Shown one piece after another: positions 49,525-59,146 of a stretch of DNA of 64,000 bases (within the stretch, counting starts at the first letter, position 1; each line of letters begins with the position of its first letter). The stretch lies in NCBI GenBank assembly GCA_021787445.1, contig JAJYLV010000004.1:17095-81094 (forward strand), read 5' to 3'. Under the pieces are notes generated by a model. That model worked only from the letters and a program-made list of their open reading frames with translations. It was not told the origin of the DNA and made no database searches. Source of the DNA: Chloroflexota bacterium. Its GTDB lineage: Bacteria > Chloroflexota > Limnocylindria > P2-11E. The position numbers and the translations under genes were made by a program.

Positions 49525-50097
49525 CTAGGAGACGGCCCTCAGCGCGTATGCGACGAACTCCAGCTGCGTCGGCGGGACGCGCATCCGCATGAGGTCGGCG
49601 GGCTCCACGAATCGCGGAGAGCTCACCGCAGGATCGGTCCCCGCGGCCGGCTCCGACGAGGTACCGGCCGCATAGATGAGCTGCAGGAAGTCGGGATAGG
49701 GGTAGTAGGCGGGCAGGTCGGCACGGGGTCCTCCGAGATCGTGGAAGACCGACAGCCCGAGCAGCCGCGCCTCGCCGTCCATGACGCAACGGACCTCCTC
49801 CCATATCTCGCGGCGCAGGGTGTCCGCGATCGTCTCGCCCGGCTCGATCCTCCCGCCGGGGACGATGTGCGACCAGCCCCCCGGCGAGTCGTAGACGAGG
49901 ATCCGTCCCTGCTGAACCAGGATGGCGCGCGCCCGCATCACGAGGTCGAGCGGCGGCAGGCGGTCCGTGAAGTAGTTCGTCACCTCGAGGTCGATCCCAC
50001 GGGGCCAGCGCACGGTCTCGACGGCGCCCCGGACGAGGCCGGAGAGCGCGGCGCCGACCCGCGTGTCGTAGGGGACCGGCGCCGCGGGGCCCGTCAT
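49525..50097 (-). CDS. NUDIX hydrolase
   Basis: Nudix box GGRIEPGETIADTLRREIWEEV. ATG overlaps the stop of the RibD_C gene (ATGA). Upstream track extension discounted. Confidence 0.75.
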   Translation of the reverse strand: MTGPAAPVPYDTRVGAALSGLVRGAVETVRWPRGIDLEVTNYFTDRLPPLDLVMRARAILVQQGRILVYDSPGGWSHIVPGGRIEPGETIADTLRREIWEEVRCVMDGEARLLGLSVFHDLGGPRADLPAYYPYPDFLQLIYAAGTSSEPAAGTDPAVSSPRFVEPADLMRMRVPPTQLEFVAYALRAVS

Positions 50098-50927
50098 CGC
50101 CGGAACGCGTAGCGCAGGAGGAGGTAGTCGTCGGAGCGCTTCACACCCAGCAGGTCCGCCCACGGCGCGCGCTCCGGGTGGAACGCCGTCGGCTCGACGA
50201 GGCTCATCCCGCGACGCTCCTCGGAGCGCCCGGCGACGTGCGGCGACAGCGTGAGGAACAGCTCGTCCACGACGTGCTCGGCGAGCATGCGGCCGAACAA
50301 TGTCGGACCGGCCTCCGACAGGATCAGACGAGCACCCGTCTCGGCCACGACGGCGTCGATGACCTGGCGCATCGTCGGCTCGCGCTCCCCCACCGCGCGC
50401 ACGGGCACGTCGCGGGTCCGTCCGGCGAGGCGCTCCGCGCCCGCGACGGACGTCACGATGAGAGGCTCGACGTCGGGCGAGTGGAAGACGCCGAGTGAGA
50501 TGTCCACGTCGCCGCTGGCGGTGACGATCGCCACCCGCGTCCGCGGCGGAAGGCCGCGTGCCCGGCGCATCTCCGCGAAGAGGTCCGCGGCCTTCGGGAA
50601 CACCTGCCGCGGCGTCCAGGTCACCCTCGGCTCCGCCCGGAGGGTGCCCGCCCCCGCGACCACCACGTCGGCCGCCGCGCGGAGGATGCCCATCACCGCG
50701 CGGTCGCCGGCGTTGCCCTTGCTGATGGTCGCGGCGCCCAGGAGGCCCGGCAGCCCGAAGGAGACGAGGCCGTCGATGGTCGAGACGAAGTTGGCGAAGA
50801 CGTGCGGCGCACCCACGGGGAACGACAGCTGGCCGCCGTAGCACTGGCGCAGGGCGTCGGGGAGCGGCAGCGGCGATCCCTGCGGCCGCTCGTACAGGGT
50901 CTCGAGCCGGGGCAGCGCCGCGGCCAT
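50094..50927 (-). CDS. RibD C-terminal domain reductase (dihydrofolate reductase-like)
   Basis: 277 aa. RibD_C/DHFR-like fold motifs (VSTIDGLVSF, VVVAGAGTL, LILSEAGPTLFGRML). Confidence 0.7.
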   Translation of the reverse strand: MAAALPRLETLYERPQGSPLPLPDALRQCYGGQLSFPVGAPHVFANFVSTIDGLVSFGLPGLLGAATISKGNAGDRAVMGILRAAADVVVAGAGTLRAEPRVTWTPRQVFPKAADLFAEMRRARGLPPRTRVAIVTASGDVDISLGVFHSPDVEPLIVTSVAGAERLAGRTRDVPVRAVGEREPTMRQVIDAVVAETGARLILSEAGPTLFGRMLAEHVVDELFLTLSPHVAGRSEERRGMSLVEPTAFHPERAPWADLLGVKRSDDYLLLRYAFRR

Positions 50928-50932
50928 CGCGC

Positions 50933-51646
50933 TCAGCCCGAGCGCGCGCCCGCCAGGTGGAAGAACTCCTTCCGCAGCTCGGCGTCGTCCGCGTAGAAGC
51001 CTCGCCACGTGAGCGTGCGTGTCTTCGGGTTGACCGCGCGAACGCCGCGCATCTGCGTGCACAGGTGATGCGCCTCCATGTGCACCGCGACGCCGTGGGC
51101 GTTCACCAGGCGGTAGAGCGAGTTCGCGATCTCCTCGCCCAGGCGCTCCTGCACCGTGAAGCGGCGCGAGAAGACGCGGACGAGGCGCGTCAGCTTCGAG
51201 ATCCCGATGATCCGGTCGTGTGCGATGTACCCCAGGTACGCCTGCCCGTAGAAAGGCAGGGCGTGGTGCTCGCACAGCGCGAAGAAGTGGATGGGGCCCT
51301 CCACGATCTGGTCGACGTGGCACGCCGCGCCGCCCTTGCACTCCGTCGGGAACGTCGTCAGGAGCTTCGGGTCGCCCTCATAGCCGTCGGTGGCGTCGAA
51401 GATGGCCCGCACGAAGCGGCGCGGGGTCGCCCTCGTCCCCGGCTGATCGAGATCGAGCCCGAACGCGGTGAACATCTCCGCCACGTAGCCCTCGAACCGC
51501 TGCCACTGGTCGTCGCTGAGGTCGCGCTTGCGAACGAGGAGGGGCGAGCGCAGCTCCTCGTCGTCGGTGGGCAGGTGCATGTGCGCGACCGCCGCCTGGC
51601 GGATGGGAACGGGCGCATTCTTCCCGCGGCCTTGCTCGGCGCTCAT
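50933..51646 (-). CDS. folE: GTP cyclohydrolase I
   Basis: FolE signature (CEHHALPFYGQAYLGYIA...RIIGISKLTRLV...QERL). ATG at 51646 with a GGAGG SD. Confidence 0.85.
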   Translation of the reverse strand: MSAEQGRGKNAPVPIRQAAVAHMHLPTDDEELRSPLLVRKRDLSDDQWQRFEGYVAEMFTAFGLDLDQPGTRATPRRFVRAIFDATDGYEGDPKLLTTFPTECKGGAACHVDQIVEGPIHFFALCEHHALPFYGQAYLGYIAHDRIIGISKLTRLVRVFSRRFTVQERLGEEIANSLYRLVNAHGVAVHMEAHHLCTQMRGVRAVNPKTRTLTWRGFYADDAELRKEFFHLAGARSG

Positions 51647-51669
51647 GTCGACCTCCGGGGCCTCCCCGC

Positions 51670-51921
51670 TCACGTTCGATCGCCGGCCGGCCCGGACGGG
51701 AGGCCCAGGTACTGGCGCGTGAACTCGTACAGCTTCTCGCGGTCCTCGCGCAGCGCCGGCCGGAGACCATAGTGGTTTATCACGCGGATCTGCGCCTGGA
51801 GCCACTCCTTCCAGCATTCGGCGCAGATCCCGCGCTCGATCCCGTCCCCGAGCGGCCCCGGGAGGACCCGCCCCGCGCCCTCGCGCGTCTCTCCGCACCG
51901 CGCGCACGTCACCTCGACCAC
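51670..51921 (-). CDS. YggX-like Fe(2+)-trafficking protein (COG2924)
   Basis: 83 aa. CARCGE...LPGPLGDGIERGICAECWKEWLQAQIRVINHYGL resembles the YggX family. Confidence 0.6.
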   Translation of the reverse strand: MVEVTCARCGETREGAGRVLPGPLGDGIERGICAECWKEWLQAQIRVINHYGLRPALREDREKLYEFTRQYLGLPSGPAGDRT

Positions 51922-51956
51922 ATCCTCATGGTACGAGCGATGCAGTCCTTCACGGC

Positions 51957-52271
51957 GTGCGCGAGCAGGCGCGGCGCGCGGCGCTGGTACGGGCCGCGGA
52001 GCGGATCGCGGAGTGGAACATCGAGCGCGGCGACGACATTCAGGACCGCGCGATGGGCGAGATCCATCTCGCGACGGATGCGTTCCGCGACGCCGAGGGC
52101 GACCTTCCCGCGGCCGGCGCCGATCCCGCCTTCGATGCGCTCATGCGTCTGCGGAGCGACCTCGACGCATCGCCCGCGGCGGTCTCGCGCGCCTGCGACC
52201 GCGCGCTCGAGATCGCCGGCGTCCTCGGCGCCGAGATGCCTCGCGCGGCGCCGACGAGGCGCTCGGCCTAG
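51957..52271 (+). CDS. hypothetical small helical protein (104 aa)
   Basis: GTG start, GC3 about 90%, non-junk composition. It sits in an otherwise unexplained 346-bp gap and has no homology clue. Confidence 0.35.
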   Translation: MREQARRAALVRAAERIAEWNIERGDDIQDRAMGEIHLATDAFRDAEGDLPAAGADPAFDALMRLRSDLDASPAAVSRACDRALEIAGVLGAEMPRAAPTRRSA

Positions 52272-53794
52272 GGCAGCCCGGTCCGCGGCAGCACGACGTC
52301 GAGGCCGACGTCGCCGGTCACGCTCACCCGCTGACCGACCACCGACAGGGCATCGATCCGCGGCGGGAACACGTCCACCGTGTAGTCGCCCCGCGGCAGC
52401 GCGATGGAGTAGTGGCCGTGGATGTCCGTCGTGCCGAAGTAATGCGGTCCCGAGGCGTCGTTCACGTTCACCGTCGCCGCCTCGACCGGCGCGCCGCTCG
52501 CGTCGCGGATCGTCCCGCCCAGCCGGACGCCGCGCGGCAGCGCGATGTCGACGCGCGCGTCCCCCGGCCCGACGGCGATCGGCCGCGCCTTCGTCCAGTC
52601 GGGCACCGCGTTCGGCCAGTAGCCGGCGATCGCGTCGCTGTCCGCCGGGGGCACGACGTTGACGACGTACGTCTCCGGGCGCGTCGCCACCTGGTAGGTC
52701 CCATCGTCGGCGGTCGTCCGGCAGATCTTCCCCGTCGGGAACGGCGTGTCGACGCACACGAGCGCGAGCGCGACGGGAGCGCCGTCGGTCGTGGTCACGC
52801 GGCCGCGGAGGACGGGCCCCTCGGGCAGCGCGACGTCCAGCGAGCGGTCGCGACGGAGGTCGAAGGGCGTGGCGTCGACCCCGGTCAGCGCCCCCGCGTA
52901 GTACTGGTAGATCGCCCGTGAGGAGCGGTCGCCCGGCGGGATGACCCAGATCCAGTACGTGTCCGGCTCGCGGATGAGCGTGTAGCGGCCGTTCTTGTCG
53001 GTGCGGTCGCAGTCCCACCCCAGCGGGATCGAGAACGCGTACGTGCACACCTGCGCGTCCTTCTGCGGGGAGCCGTCATGGGCCGACACGACGGTCCCGC
53101 TGAGAACGACCCCCGGACGGAGCACGACATCCACGCCGGTCGCGTCCGCGGTCCGCGTGTCGACGACGTCCGCTTCGTCCGAGGACGCGCGCCCGCGCGC
53201 CCACTGCGGGATGAGGCGGGAGCCGTTCGGTGGGCCGCTGATCTCGAGCTTGTAGAAGCCCGGCCGGACGTCGACGGCGTACCTGCCGCCGTCGCCCGCG
53301 GCGGCGCAGGGCACGGCGTCCGTCTCGAGCGAGTGCGCGCACACCTCCGCCCCCGGGAGGCCCTGTCCGCGCTCGTCCCTGACGGTGCCGGAGATCGTCG
53401 CGCGCCCTTCGAGCGTGACGACGGCGCTCGTGCTGTCGTCGAGGTCGACCGTCGCGACGCCCTCCGCCATCCGCGCTCCCGTGGGCGGCGTCGCCCGGAT
53501 GTCGTAGATCCCTCGCGGCAGCTCGACGACGGCGCGGCCGTCGCGCCCCGTCGTGCCGCAGCGGGTCGTCCCGCCCAGAAGGGTGGCGCAGACCGACGCG
53601 CCGCCGACCGGCCCGGCGGGCCCGACCGCCTCCACCGAGACCGGTCGCGAGGCCGACGCCGAGGGGAACGGGAGCGGCACCGCCGGCAGCGGGGGGACGA
53701 GCGCGGAGGGGGGCGCGCTCGGCGTGCACGAGGCGACGAGGACGAGTGCCGCGGCGGCGACGAGCCGGTGCGCCGTCGCCCGGCGCGGGCGCAT
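52268..53794 (-). CDS. secreted lipoprotein with tandem carboxypeptidase-regulatory-like / Cna-B-like beta-sandwich repeats
   Basis: Signal peptide plus lipobox (LVLVASCT). About five repeats of the form G-x-V-x-D-x(2)-G-x-P-x(3)-A-x-V-C...DG-x-Y. Upstream extension in the track discounted. Confidence 0.65.
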   Translation of the reverse strand: MRPRRATAHRLVAAAALVLVASCTPSAPPSALVPPLPAVPLPFPSASASRPVSVEAVGPAGPVGGASVCATLLGGTTRCGTTGRDGRAVVELPRGIYDIRATPPTGARMAEGVATVDLDDSTSAVVTLEGRATISGTVRDERGQGLPGAEVCAHSLETDAVPCAAAGDGGRYAVDVRPGFYKLEISGPPNGSRLIPQWARGRASSDEADVVDTRTADATGVDVVLRPGVVLSGTVVSAHDGSPQKDAQVCTYAFSIPLGWDCDRTDKNGRYTLIREPDTYWIWVIPPGDRSSRAIYQYYAGALTGVDATPFDLRRDRSLDVALPEGPVLRGRVTTTDGAPVALALVCVDTPFPTGKICRTTADDGTYQVATRPETYVVNVVPPADSDAIAGYWPNAVPDWTKARPIAVGPGDARVDIALPRGVRLGGTIRDASGAPVEAATVNVNDASGPHYFGTTDIHGHYSIALPRGDYTVDVFPPRIDALSVVGQRVSVTGDVGLDVVLPRTGLP

Positions 53795-53808
53795 CACCGC
53801 GCGACGGT

Positions 53809-54909
53809 CTAGGGCGTCGGGCGCGCGGTCACGGCCGGGGCCTGGTCCCCGCGCCGTGCTGCGGCGAGCTGCGTGACGAGCCGCGCGACGTCCGCCAGCG
53901 GGCCGGCGATCTCTTCGCCCCGTTCGCGGTCCATGAGGTCGCGCATCGCGCTGCGGATCGGCTTGCCGCCGAAGAGGACGAGGTAGGTCTGCTCGGTGAT
54001 CGGCATCGTCACCCCTATCCGCTGTGCCGCCGCGTGCGTCGCTTCCGTCGTGCCGATCCCCTCGGCCACCTGCCCACCGAGGCGCTCGCGGACCTGCGCG
54101 AGCGAGCTCCCTCGCGCCAGCAGCTCCCCCACCAGCCGATTGCGCGAATGCTTGCTCATGCACGTCGCGATGAGGTCGCCGAAGCCGGCGAGGCCCGCGG
54201 TCGTGAGGGGGTTCGCGCCCTGGGCGAAGGCGAAGCGCGCGATCTCGGCCAGCCCGCGCGTCATGAACCCCGCCTTCGCGTTGTCCCCGTAGCCCATGCC
54301 GTCGATCGCGCCCGCGCCGAGCGCGACGATGTTCTTCAGCGCTCCGCAGAGCTCGACGCCGACGACGTCGTCGTTCGTGTACGCGCGGAACATGCGCGTC
54401 CCCACCAGGTCCTGGAAGTGACGCGCCGTGGTGGGCGACGCCGACGCGACGACCGTCGGCGAGGGCAACCCCGCCGCGATCTCGCGCGAGATGTTCGGTC
54501 CCGAGAGCACCGCGACCCGATCGGCGCCCACCGCCTCGGACCACAGCGTGCTCATGCGCGTCCCGTCCTCGGGTGCGAGGCCCTTCGTCGCGGACAGCAC
54601 GCGGTGCTCGGGGCGCAGGTGCGGGACGACACGCTCCCTGAACGCGCGCACGCCCTCGGCCGGTACCGCGACGATGAGGTCGGGCGCCTCGGCGGCGCGC
54701 GAGAGCTCGCCGGTGATCTCGACCCCGTCGGGGATGCGGATGCCCGGGAGGTACCGCCGATTCTCGCGGCGCGACGCCAGCTCCTCGACCTGCCTCGCAT
54801 CGCGCGTCCACAGGACGACGCGCCGCTGGGCGTCGCGAGCCAGGATCGTCGCCAGCGTCGTTCCCCACGACCCCGCCTGCAGCACGCCGACCTCCGGCGC
54901 GCCGGTCAC
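53809..54909 (-). CDS. gpsA: NAD(P)H-dependent glycerol-3-phosphate dehydrogenase
   Basis: GSWGTTLA NAD-binding motif and the GpsA C-terminal domain (LKNIVALGAG, GFGDLIATC). GTG start overlaps the plsY stop. Confidence 0.9.
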   Translation of the reverse strand: MTGAPEVGVLQAGSWGTTLATILARDAQRRVVLWTRDARQVEELASRRENRRYLPGIRIPDGVEITGELSRAAEAPDLIVAVPAEGVRAFRERVVPHLRPEHRVLSATKGLAPEDGTRMSTLWSEAVGADRVAVLSGPNISREIAAGLPSPTVVASASPTTARHFQDLVGTRMFRAYTNDDVVGVELCGALKNIVALGAGAIDGMGYGDNAKAGFMTRGLAEIARFAFAQGANPLTTAGLAGFGDLIATCMSKHSRNRLVGELLARGSSLAQVRERLGGQVAEGIGTTEATHAAAQRIGVTMPITEQTYLVLFGGKPIRSAMRDLMDRERGEEIAGPLADVARLVTQLAAARRGDQAPAVTARPTP

Positions 54910-55580
54910 GTGAAGACCCGCGGCTCCGCGCCCCTCATGAGGCGCTCGATATTCGGGCGGTGCCGCCACACGATGATCGCGCCCGCGACGAGGGTGAAGG
55001 CGAGGGTCGCCGGATGGAAGCCGATGATGCCGAACGCCGACAGGAGAACGTACGCGAGGACGCCGCCGGCGACGGACGCGAGCGATCCGACGGAGACGAT
55101 CCGCGTGACCGCGAGAGCGAGGACGAACGCGAGGACCGCGCCGATCCACGCGCCCGTCGCGATGAAGACGAACGCGCCGAAGGCGGTCGCGACGCCGCGG
55201 CCTCCTCGACCTTCGAGCAGCGCCGGCCAGCAGTGCCCCGCGACCGCGCCCATCGCGGCGATCGCCTGCGCCACGACCAGGAGCTCGCCACCGACCGGGA
55301 CGACCGCCCGCGCGAGCCATACCGCGAGCGCGCCCTTCGTGATGTCGAACACGGCGACGAGCGCGCCCGCGCCCGGGCCGAGCGTCCGGAACGTGTTGGT
55401 CGCGCCGGTCGATCCGGATCCGACCCGCCGCAGGTCGACGTTCCGGTAGATCTTGCCGACGAGGAATCCGCTCGATATCGAGCCGATGAGGTAAGAGGCG
55501 ACACCGATCAGGGCGAGGAGGAGCACGACCACGAGCCCGGCGCCGCTGACCGGGACGCCGGGGATCGGCGTACCCGTCAT
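54906..55580 (-). CDS. plsY: glycerol-3-phosphate acyltransferase PlsY
   Basis: GSGSTGATN motif, five TM helices. ATG overlaps the der stop (ATGA). Confidence 0.9.
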   Translation of the reverse strand: MTGTPIPGVPVSGAGLVVVLLLALIGVASYLIGSISSGFLVGKIYRNVDLRRVGSGSTGATNTFRTLGPGAGALVAVFDITKGALAVWLARAVVPVGGELLVVAQAIAAMGAVAGHCWPALLEGRGGRGVATAFGAFVFIATGAWIGAVLAFVLALAVTRIVSVGSLASVAGGVLAYVLLSAFGIIGFHPATLAFTLVAGAIIVWRHRPNIERLMRGAEPRVFT

Positions 55581-56890
55581 TCCCGCGCCCCCTTCAGCTC
55601 GATCCGGATCGGCGTCCCGAGGAACTCGAACCGCTCGCGGATCTTGTTCTCGAGATAGCGCCGATACGTGAAGTGCACGGCGTCGGGGCGATCGACGAAG
55701 AACACGAACGTCGGGGTCGCTGCCTTCGCCTGCGTCACGTGGCGAAAGCGTACCTGCCGGCCCTTGTCGGTCGGCGCAGGGTGCGCCGCGATGGCGTCGA
55801 CGAGGAGTCGGTGGAGGTCCGCTGTCGCGATCCGCTGCGTGCGGACCTCGACGACCCCGAGGGCGTCGTCGAGCGTCGCCGCGACGTTGCGGCCCGTCTT
55901 CGCCGACACGAACCGATGCCCCATCCACGGCGCGAAGGGGAACTCGCGCTCGATGATCGCTTCCACCTCGTGCGTGCGCTCCTCGCTGCGCTCGACAGCA
56001 TCCCACTTGTTCACCGCCAGGACCAGACCGACGCCGGCCTCGATCGCGTACCCGGCGATGTGGGTGTCCTGGGCGGTGATCCCCTCCGTCGCGTCGACGA
56101 GGAGGATCGCGACGTCGGCGCGCTCGAGCGCATGGATGGTGCGGAGGAGCGCGTACTGCTCGATCCCCCGCTCGATGCGGCCGCGGCGGCGGATCCCGGC
56201 GGTATCGACCAGCCGCACGCGCCGCCCGCTGTGGACGAACGTCGTGTCGATCGTGTCGCGCGTGGTCCCCGGCTCCTCGCCCACGACGGCGCGCTCCTCG
56301 CCGACGAGACGGTTGAGGAAGCTCGACTTCCCGACGTTCGGGCGGCCGACGATCGCGACCCCGGGCTCGGCCCGCTCCTCCTCGACCGTGCGCCGCGGCG
56401 GCAGTGCGGCGACGACGGCGTCGAGGAGATCCCCCGTGCCGTGCCCCTGCAGGGCCGAGACGGCGTGCACCTCGCCGAGGCCGAGCTCGTACGCTTCCGC
56501 GGCCTGCGCCTCGCCGCGCCACGAGTCCGCCTTGTTGGCCGCGAGGATGACGCGCTTGCCGCTCCGGCGGAGCTGCTCCGCGACGTCGTGGTCGACGGGG
56601 ACGATCCCCGTCTTGGCGTCGACGAGGAAGAGGACGACGTCGGCCTCCTTGATCGCCACCTCGGCCTGCCTCCTCACGGCCTGGGGGATCTCGGCCTTCT
56701 CGTCGTCGAGCCCGCCCGTGTCCACGAGCGACATCTCGCGTCCGTTCCACTCGACCGTGCCGTAGATGCGGTCGCGCGTCGTCCCCGGAAGGTCCTCGAC
56801 GATCGCGAGGCGCTCACCGATGAGGCGATTGAAAAGGGTGGACTTGCCGACGTTCGGCCGTCCGACCACCGCGACGATCGGCCGGGCCAC
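55577..56890 (-). CDS. der: ribosome-biogenesis GTPase Der (EngA), two GTPase domains + KH-like domain
   Basis: Two G domains (GRPNVGKST and GRPNVGKSS, each with DTAG/DTGG and NKxD). GTG start. Confidence 0.9.
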   Translation of the reverse strand: MARPIVAVVGRPNVGKSTLFNRLIGERLAIVEDLPGTTRDRIYGTVEWNGREMSLVDTGGLDDEKAEIPQAVRRQAEVAIKEADVVLFLVDAKTGIVPVDHDVAEQLRRSGKRVILAANKADSWRGEAQAAEAYELGLGEVHAVSALQGHGTGDLLDAVVAALPPRRTVEEERAEPGVAIVGRPNVGKSSFLNRLVGEERAVVGEEPGTTRDTIDTTFVHSGRRVRLVDTAGIRRRGRIERGIEQYALLRTIHALERADVAILLVDATEGITAQDTHIAGYAIEAGVGLVLAVNKWDAVERSEERTHEVEAIIEREFPFAPWMGHRFVSAKTGRNVAATLDDALGVVEVRTQRIATADLHRLLVDAIAAHPAPTDKGRQVRFRHVTQAKAATPTFVFFVDRPDAVHFTYRRYLENKIRERFEFLGTPIRIELKGARE

Positions 56891-56893
56891 GCG

Positions 56894-57784
56894 CTACGCC
56901 GTCGCGGCCGCGCGCTCCGTCGATCCTCCGAGTGGCGGCTGCGCGCCGAGCGCCTCGATGCGCCGCTTCACCTCGAGGAGCGTGTCCATGGGCGTCGACG
57001 TCCCGCCGATCAGCCCGACCGTGTCCTCTCCCGCGAACCACTCAGCATGCAGCTCGTCCGCACTCTCGATGTGGTGGGCATTGCGTCCGCGCATCCGCGC
57101 GAGGTTGGCGAGCTCCCGCGTGTTCGCCGAGTTCCTGCCTCCGACGACGACGATCGTGCGCACCTGCTCGGCGAGGTCGCTCGCCGCGACCTGCCTCTTC
57201 ACCGTGACGGGGCAGACCGTGTTGAAGACCTTCATCTCCTGCGCGATGGTCGCGACGTGCGCGACGAGCGCCGTGAACGCCCACGGCGGCTGCGTCGACT
57301 GCGCGACGACGCCGGCCTTCTTCATCTTCGGCAGGGCGTTCCACTGCTCCTCGGTCTCGACGACCACGTGGTCGCGTCCGGCGAAGCCCCTCAGGCCGAC
57401 GACCTCCGGGTGGTCGGGCGTTCCGAGGATCACTACCGTGTAGCCCTCGTCGGCGAGCTGCGTGGTGAAGCGCTGCGCCCGGAGCACGAGCGAGCACGTC
57501 GCGTCCACGCACTGGAGGCCGCGCTCCTCGATCTCACGGCGGACGGCCGGCGGCACGCCGTGGGCGCGGACGACGACGATGCCGTCCTTCGCCTCGCCCA
57601 CGTCCCTGATGACCGTGACGCCGCGGTCCGCGAGACGGCGCGAGATGGTCGGGTTGTGCACGACCTGACCGAGGTTGTGGACGGCGGATCCGCCCTCGGC
57701 GGCGGCCTCCGTCAGCTCGACGGCCTTCTTCACGCCGAAGCAGAACCCGTTCTCGCGCGCGAGGAGCACGTGCATCTCGCTCAT
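56894..57784 (-). CDS. ispH: 4-hydroxy-3-methylbut-2-enyl diphosphate reductase
   Basis: LytB/IspH motifs (GFCFGVKKAV, VHN, CPVT). ATG at 57784 lies 4 nt after the plsC stop. A GTG at 57811 is an alternative. Confidence 0.85.
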   Translation of the reverse strand: MSEMHVLLARENGFCFGVKKAVELTEAAAEGGSAVHNLGQVVHNPTISRRLADRGVTVIRDVGEAKDGIVVVRAHGVPPAVRREIEERGLQCVDATCSLVLRAQRFTTQLADEGYTVVILGTPDHPEVVGLRGFAGRDHVVVETEEQWNALPKMKKAGVVAQSTQPPWAFTALVAHVATIAQEMKVFNTVCPVTVKRQVAASDLAEQVRTIVVVGGRNSANTRELANLARMRGRNAHHIESADELHAEWFAGEDTVGLIGGTSTPMDTLLEVKRRIEALGAQPPLGGSTERAAATA

Positions 57785-57788
57785 GAGT

Positions 57789-58451
57789 CTAGGAGGTGTC
57801 CGCGTACGCACCGCGCATCGCCTCGGGGAGCAGCCCGGCGACGCGGCGCATGATCGCGTCCGCGACCGCTTGGTCGTTCGTCCCGGCGGCCACGAGCTCT
57901 GACGCAGCGATGGGAGCTCCGACGCGGACGAGCACGCGCGTCCGCCGGCCGAGCGAGATGCGGGCGTGGCGCGTTCCCATGACCGCGACGGGGACGACGG
58001 GAACGCCCGACCTGCGCGCCAGGAGGGCGATCCCCGGCTTCGCGCGGCGCAGACACCCGTCCTTCGAGCGCGTGCCCTCGGGAAAGAAGCCCACGGGCTG
58101 GCCCGCGGCGAGAACGCGCAGGGCGGTCTCGAGCGCCCGGCGGTCGCTCTCGCCGCGGCGTATGGGGAAGTTCCCGATGGCGCGCAGCACGAAGCCGATC
58201 ACGGGCACCGCGAACACCTCGCGCTTGGCCATGAACCGGATGGGCTCGCCGAGCGCGAACTCGAGCATGGGCGGGTCGAGCCAGGAGATGTGGTTCGAGA
58301 CCAGCAGGTACCCTCCGGCGCCGGGGAGGTTCTCGCGTCCCTGAAGCTGCACGGGGACGATCGCGTTCACGATCGCCCGGACCGGCGGGAAGCCGATCCG
58401 CCACAGCCAGAGGCGCTCGCGCGGCCACTCCGGCCGGCCGGCCCAGCTCAC
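57789..58451 (-). CDS. plsC: 1-acyl-sn-glycerol-3-phosphate acyltransferase
   Basis: HxxxxD motif (SNHISWLD) and FPEGTRS motif. GTG start overlaps the cmk stop (GTGA). Confidence 0.85.
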   Translation of the reverse strand: MSWAGRPEWPRERLWLWRIGFPPVRAIVNAIVPVQLQGRENLPGAGGYLLVSNHISWLDPPMLEFALGEPIRFMAKREVFAVPVIGFVLRAIGNFPIRRGESDRRALETALRVLAAGQPVGFFPEGTRSKDGCLRRAKPGIALLARRSGVPVVPVAVMGTRHARISLGRRTRVLVRVGAPIAASELVAAGTNDQAVADAIMRRVAGLLPEAMRGAYADTS

Positions 58452-59146
58452 GTCCGCTGCTCGGCCTCGGTCTTCCTGACGACCTGGAGCACCTGCTCGA
58501 GCGCCTGGCCCACGGTGGACCCGTCGGTCTGCACCACGATCGCGTCCTGCGCCGGGCGCAGCGGCGACATGACACGCTCGCTGTCCAGCCGATCGCGGCG
58601 AAGGATCTCGCGCAGCAGCTCCTGTCGCGGGCGGACCTCCCCGCGCGCCGCGAGCTCCTCTCCACGCCGCCTGGCGCGCTCCGCCGCGGATGCGGTGAGG
58701 AAGATCTTGCGGTCCGCGCCGGGCAGCACGACGGTCCCGATGTCGCGCCCGACCATGACGACGCGGCCGCGGCCCGCGAGCGTTCGCTGCTGCGCCACCA
58801 TCGCGTCGCGCACCGCGGGGATCCGAGCGACCTGCGAGACGACCAGATCGACCTCGGCCGAGCGGATCGCCCACGTCACGTCGTCGCCGTCGAGGAGGAC
58901 GGTGTACGCGCGTCCGTCGCGGACCGTGGGCGGACCGATCGCGATGCGCACCTCGCGCGCGAGGACGCCGAGCCCTTCGCCGTCATCGGGATCGAGCCCC
59001 CGCCGCAGCGCCGCGAGGGCGACGGCGCGGTACATCGCGCCCGTATCGAGGAAGAGGTACCCCAGACGCTCGGCGACGAGGGCGCCGATGGTGCTCTTTC
59101 CCGCCCCTGCGGGGCCGTCGATCGCGATCGTCCGCGGCGTCGCCAT
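58448..59146 (-). CDS. cmk: cytidylate kinase
   Basis: IAIDGPAGAGKST P-loop and Cmk core. ATG overlaps the rluB stop (ATGA). Confidence 0.9.
   Translation of the reverse strand: MATPRTIAIDGPAGAGKSTIGALVAERLGYLFLDTGAMYRAVALAALRRGLDPDDGEGLGVLAREVRIAIGPPTVRDGRAYTVLLDGDDVTWAIRSAEVDLVVSQVARIPAVRDAMVAQQRTLAGRGRVVMVGRDIGTVVLPGADRKIFLTASAAERARRRGEELAARGEVRPRQELLREILRRDRLDSERVMSPLRPAQDAIVVQTDGSTVGQALEQVLQVVRKTEAEQRT

Noticed and set aside
57796-58344. Plus-strand ORF preceded by AGGAGGTG (a perfect SD-like sequence) inside the ispH/plsC junction
   Set aside because: The ORF is antisense to plsC and is Ser/Arg/Thr/Ala-rich. The SD-like string appears to be a coincidental byproduct of the ispH start context on the other strand.
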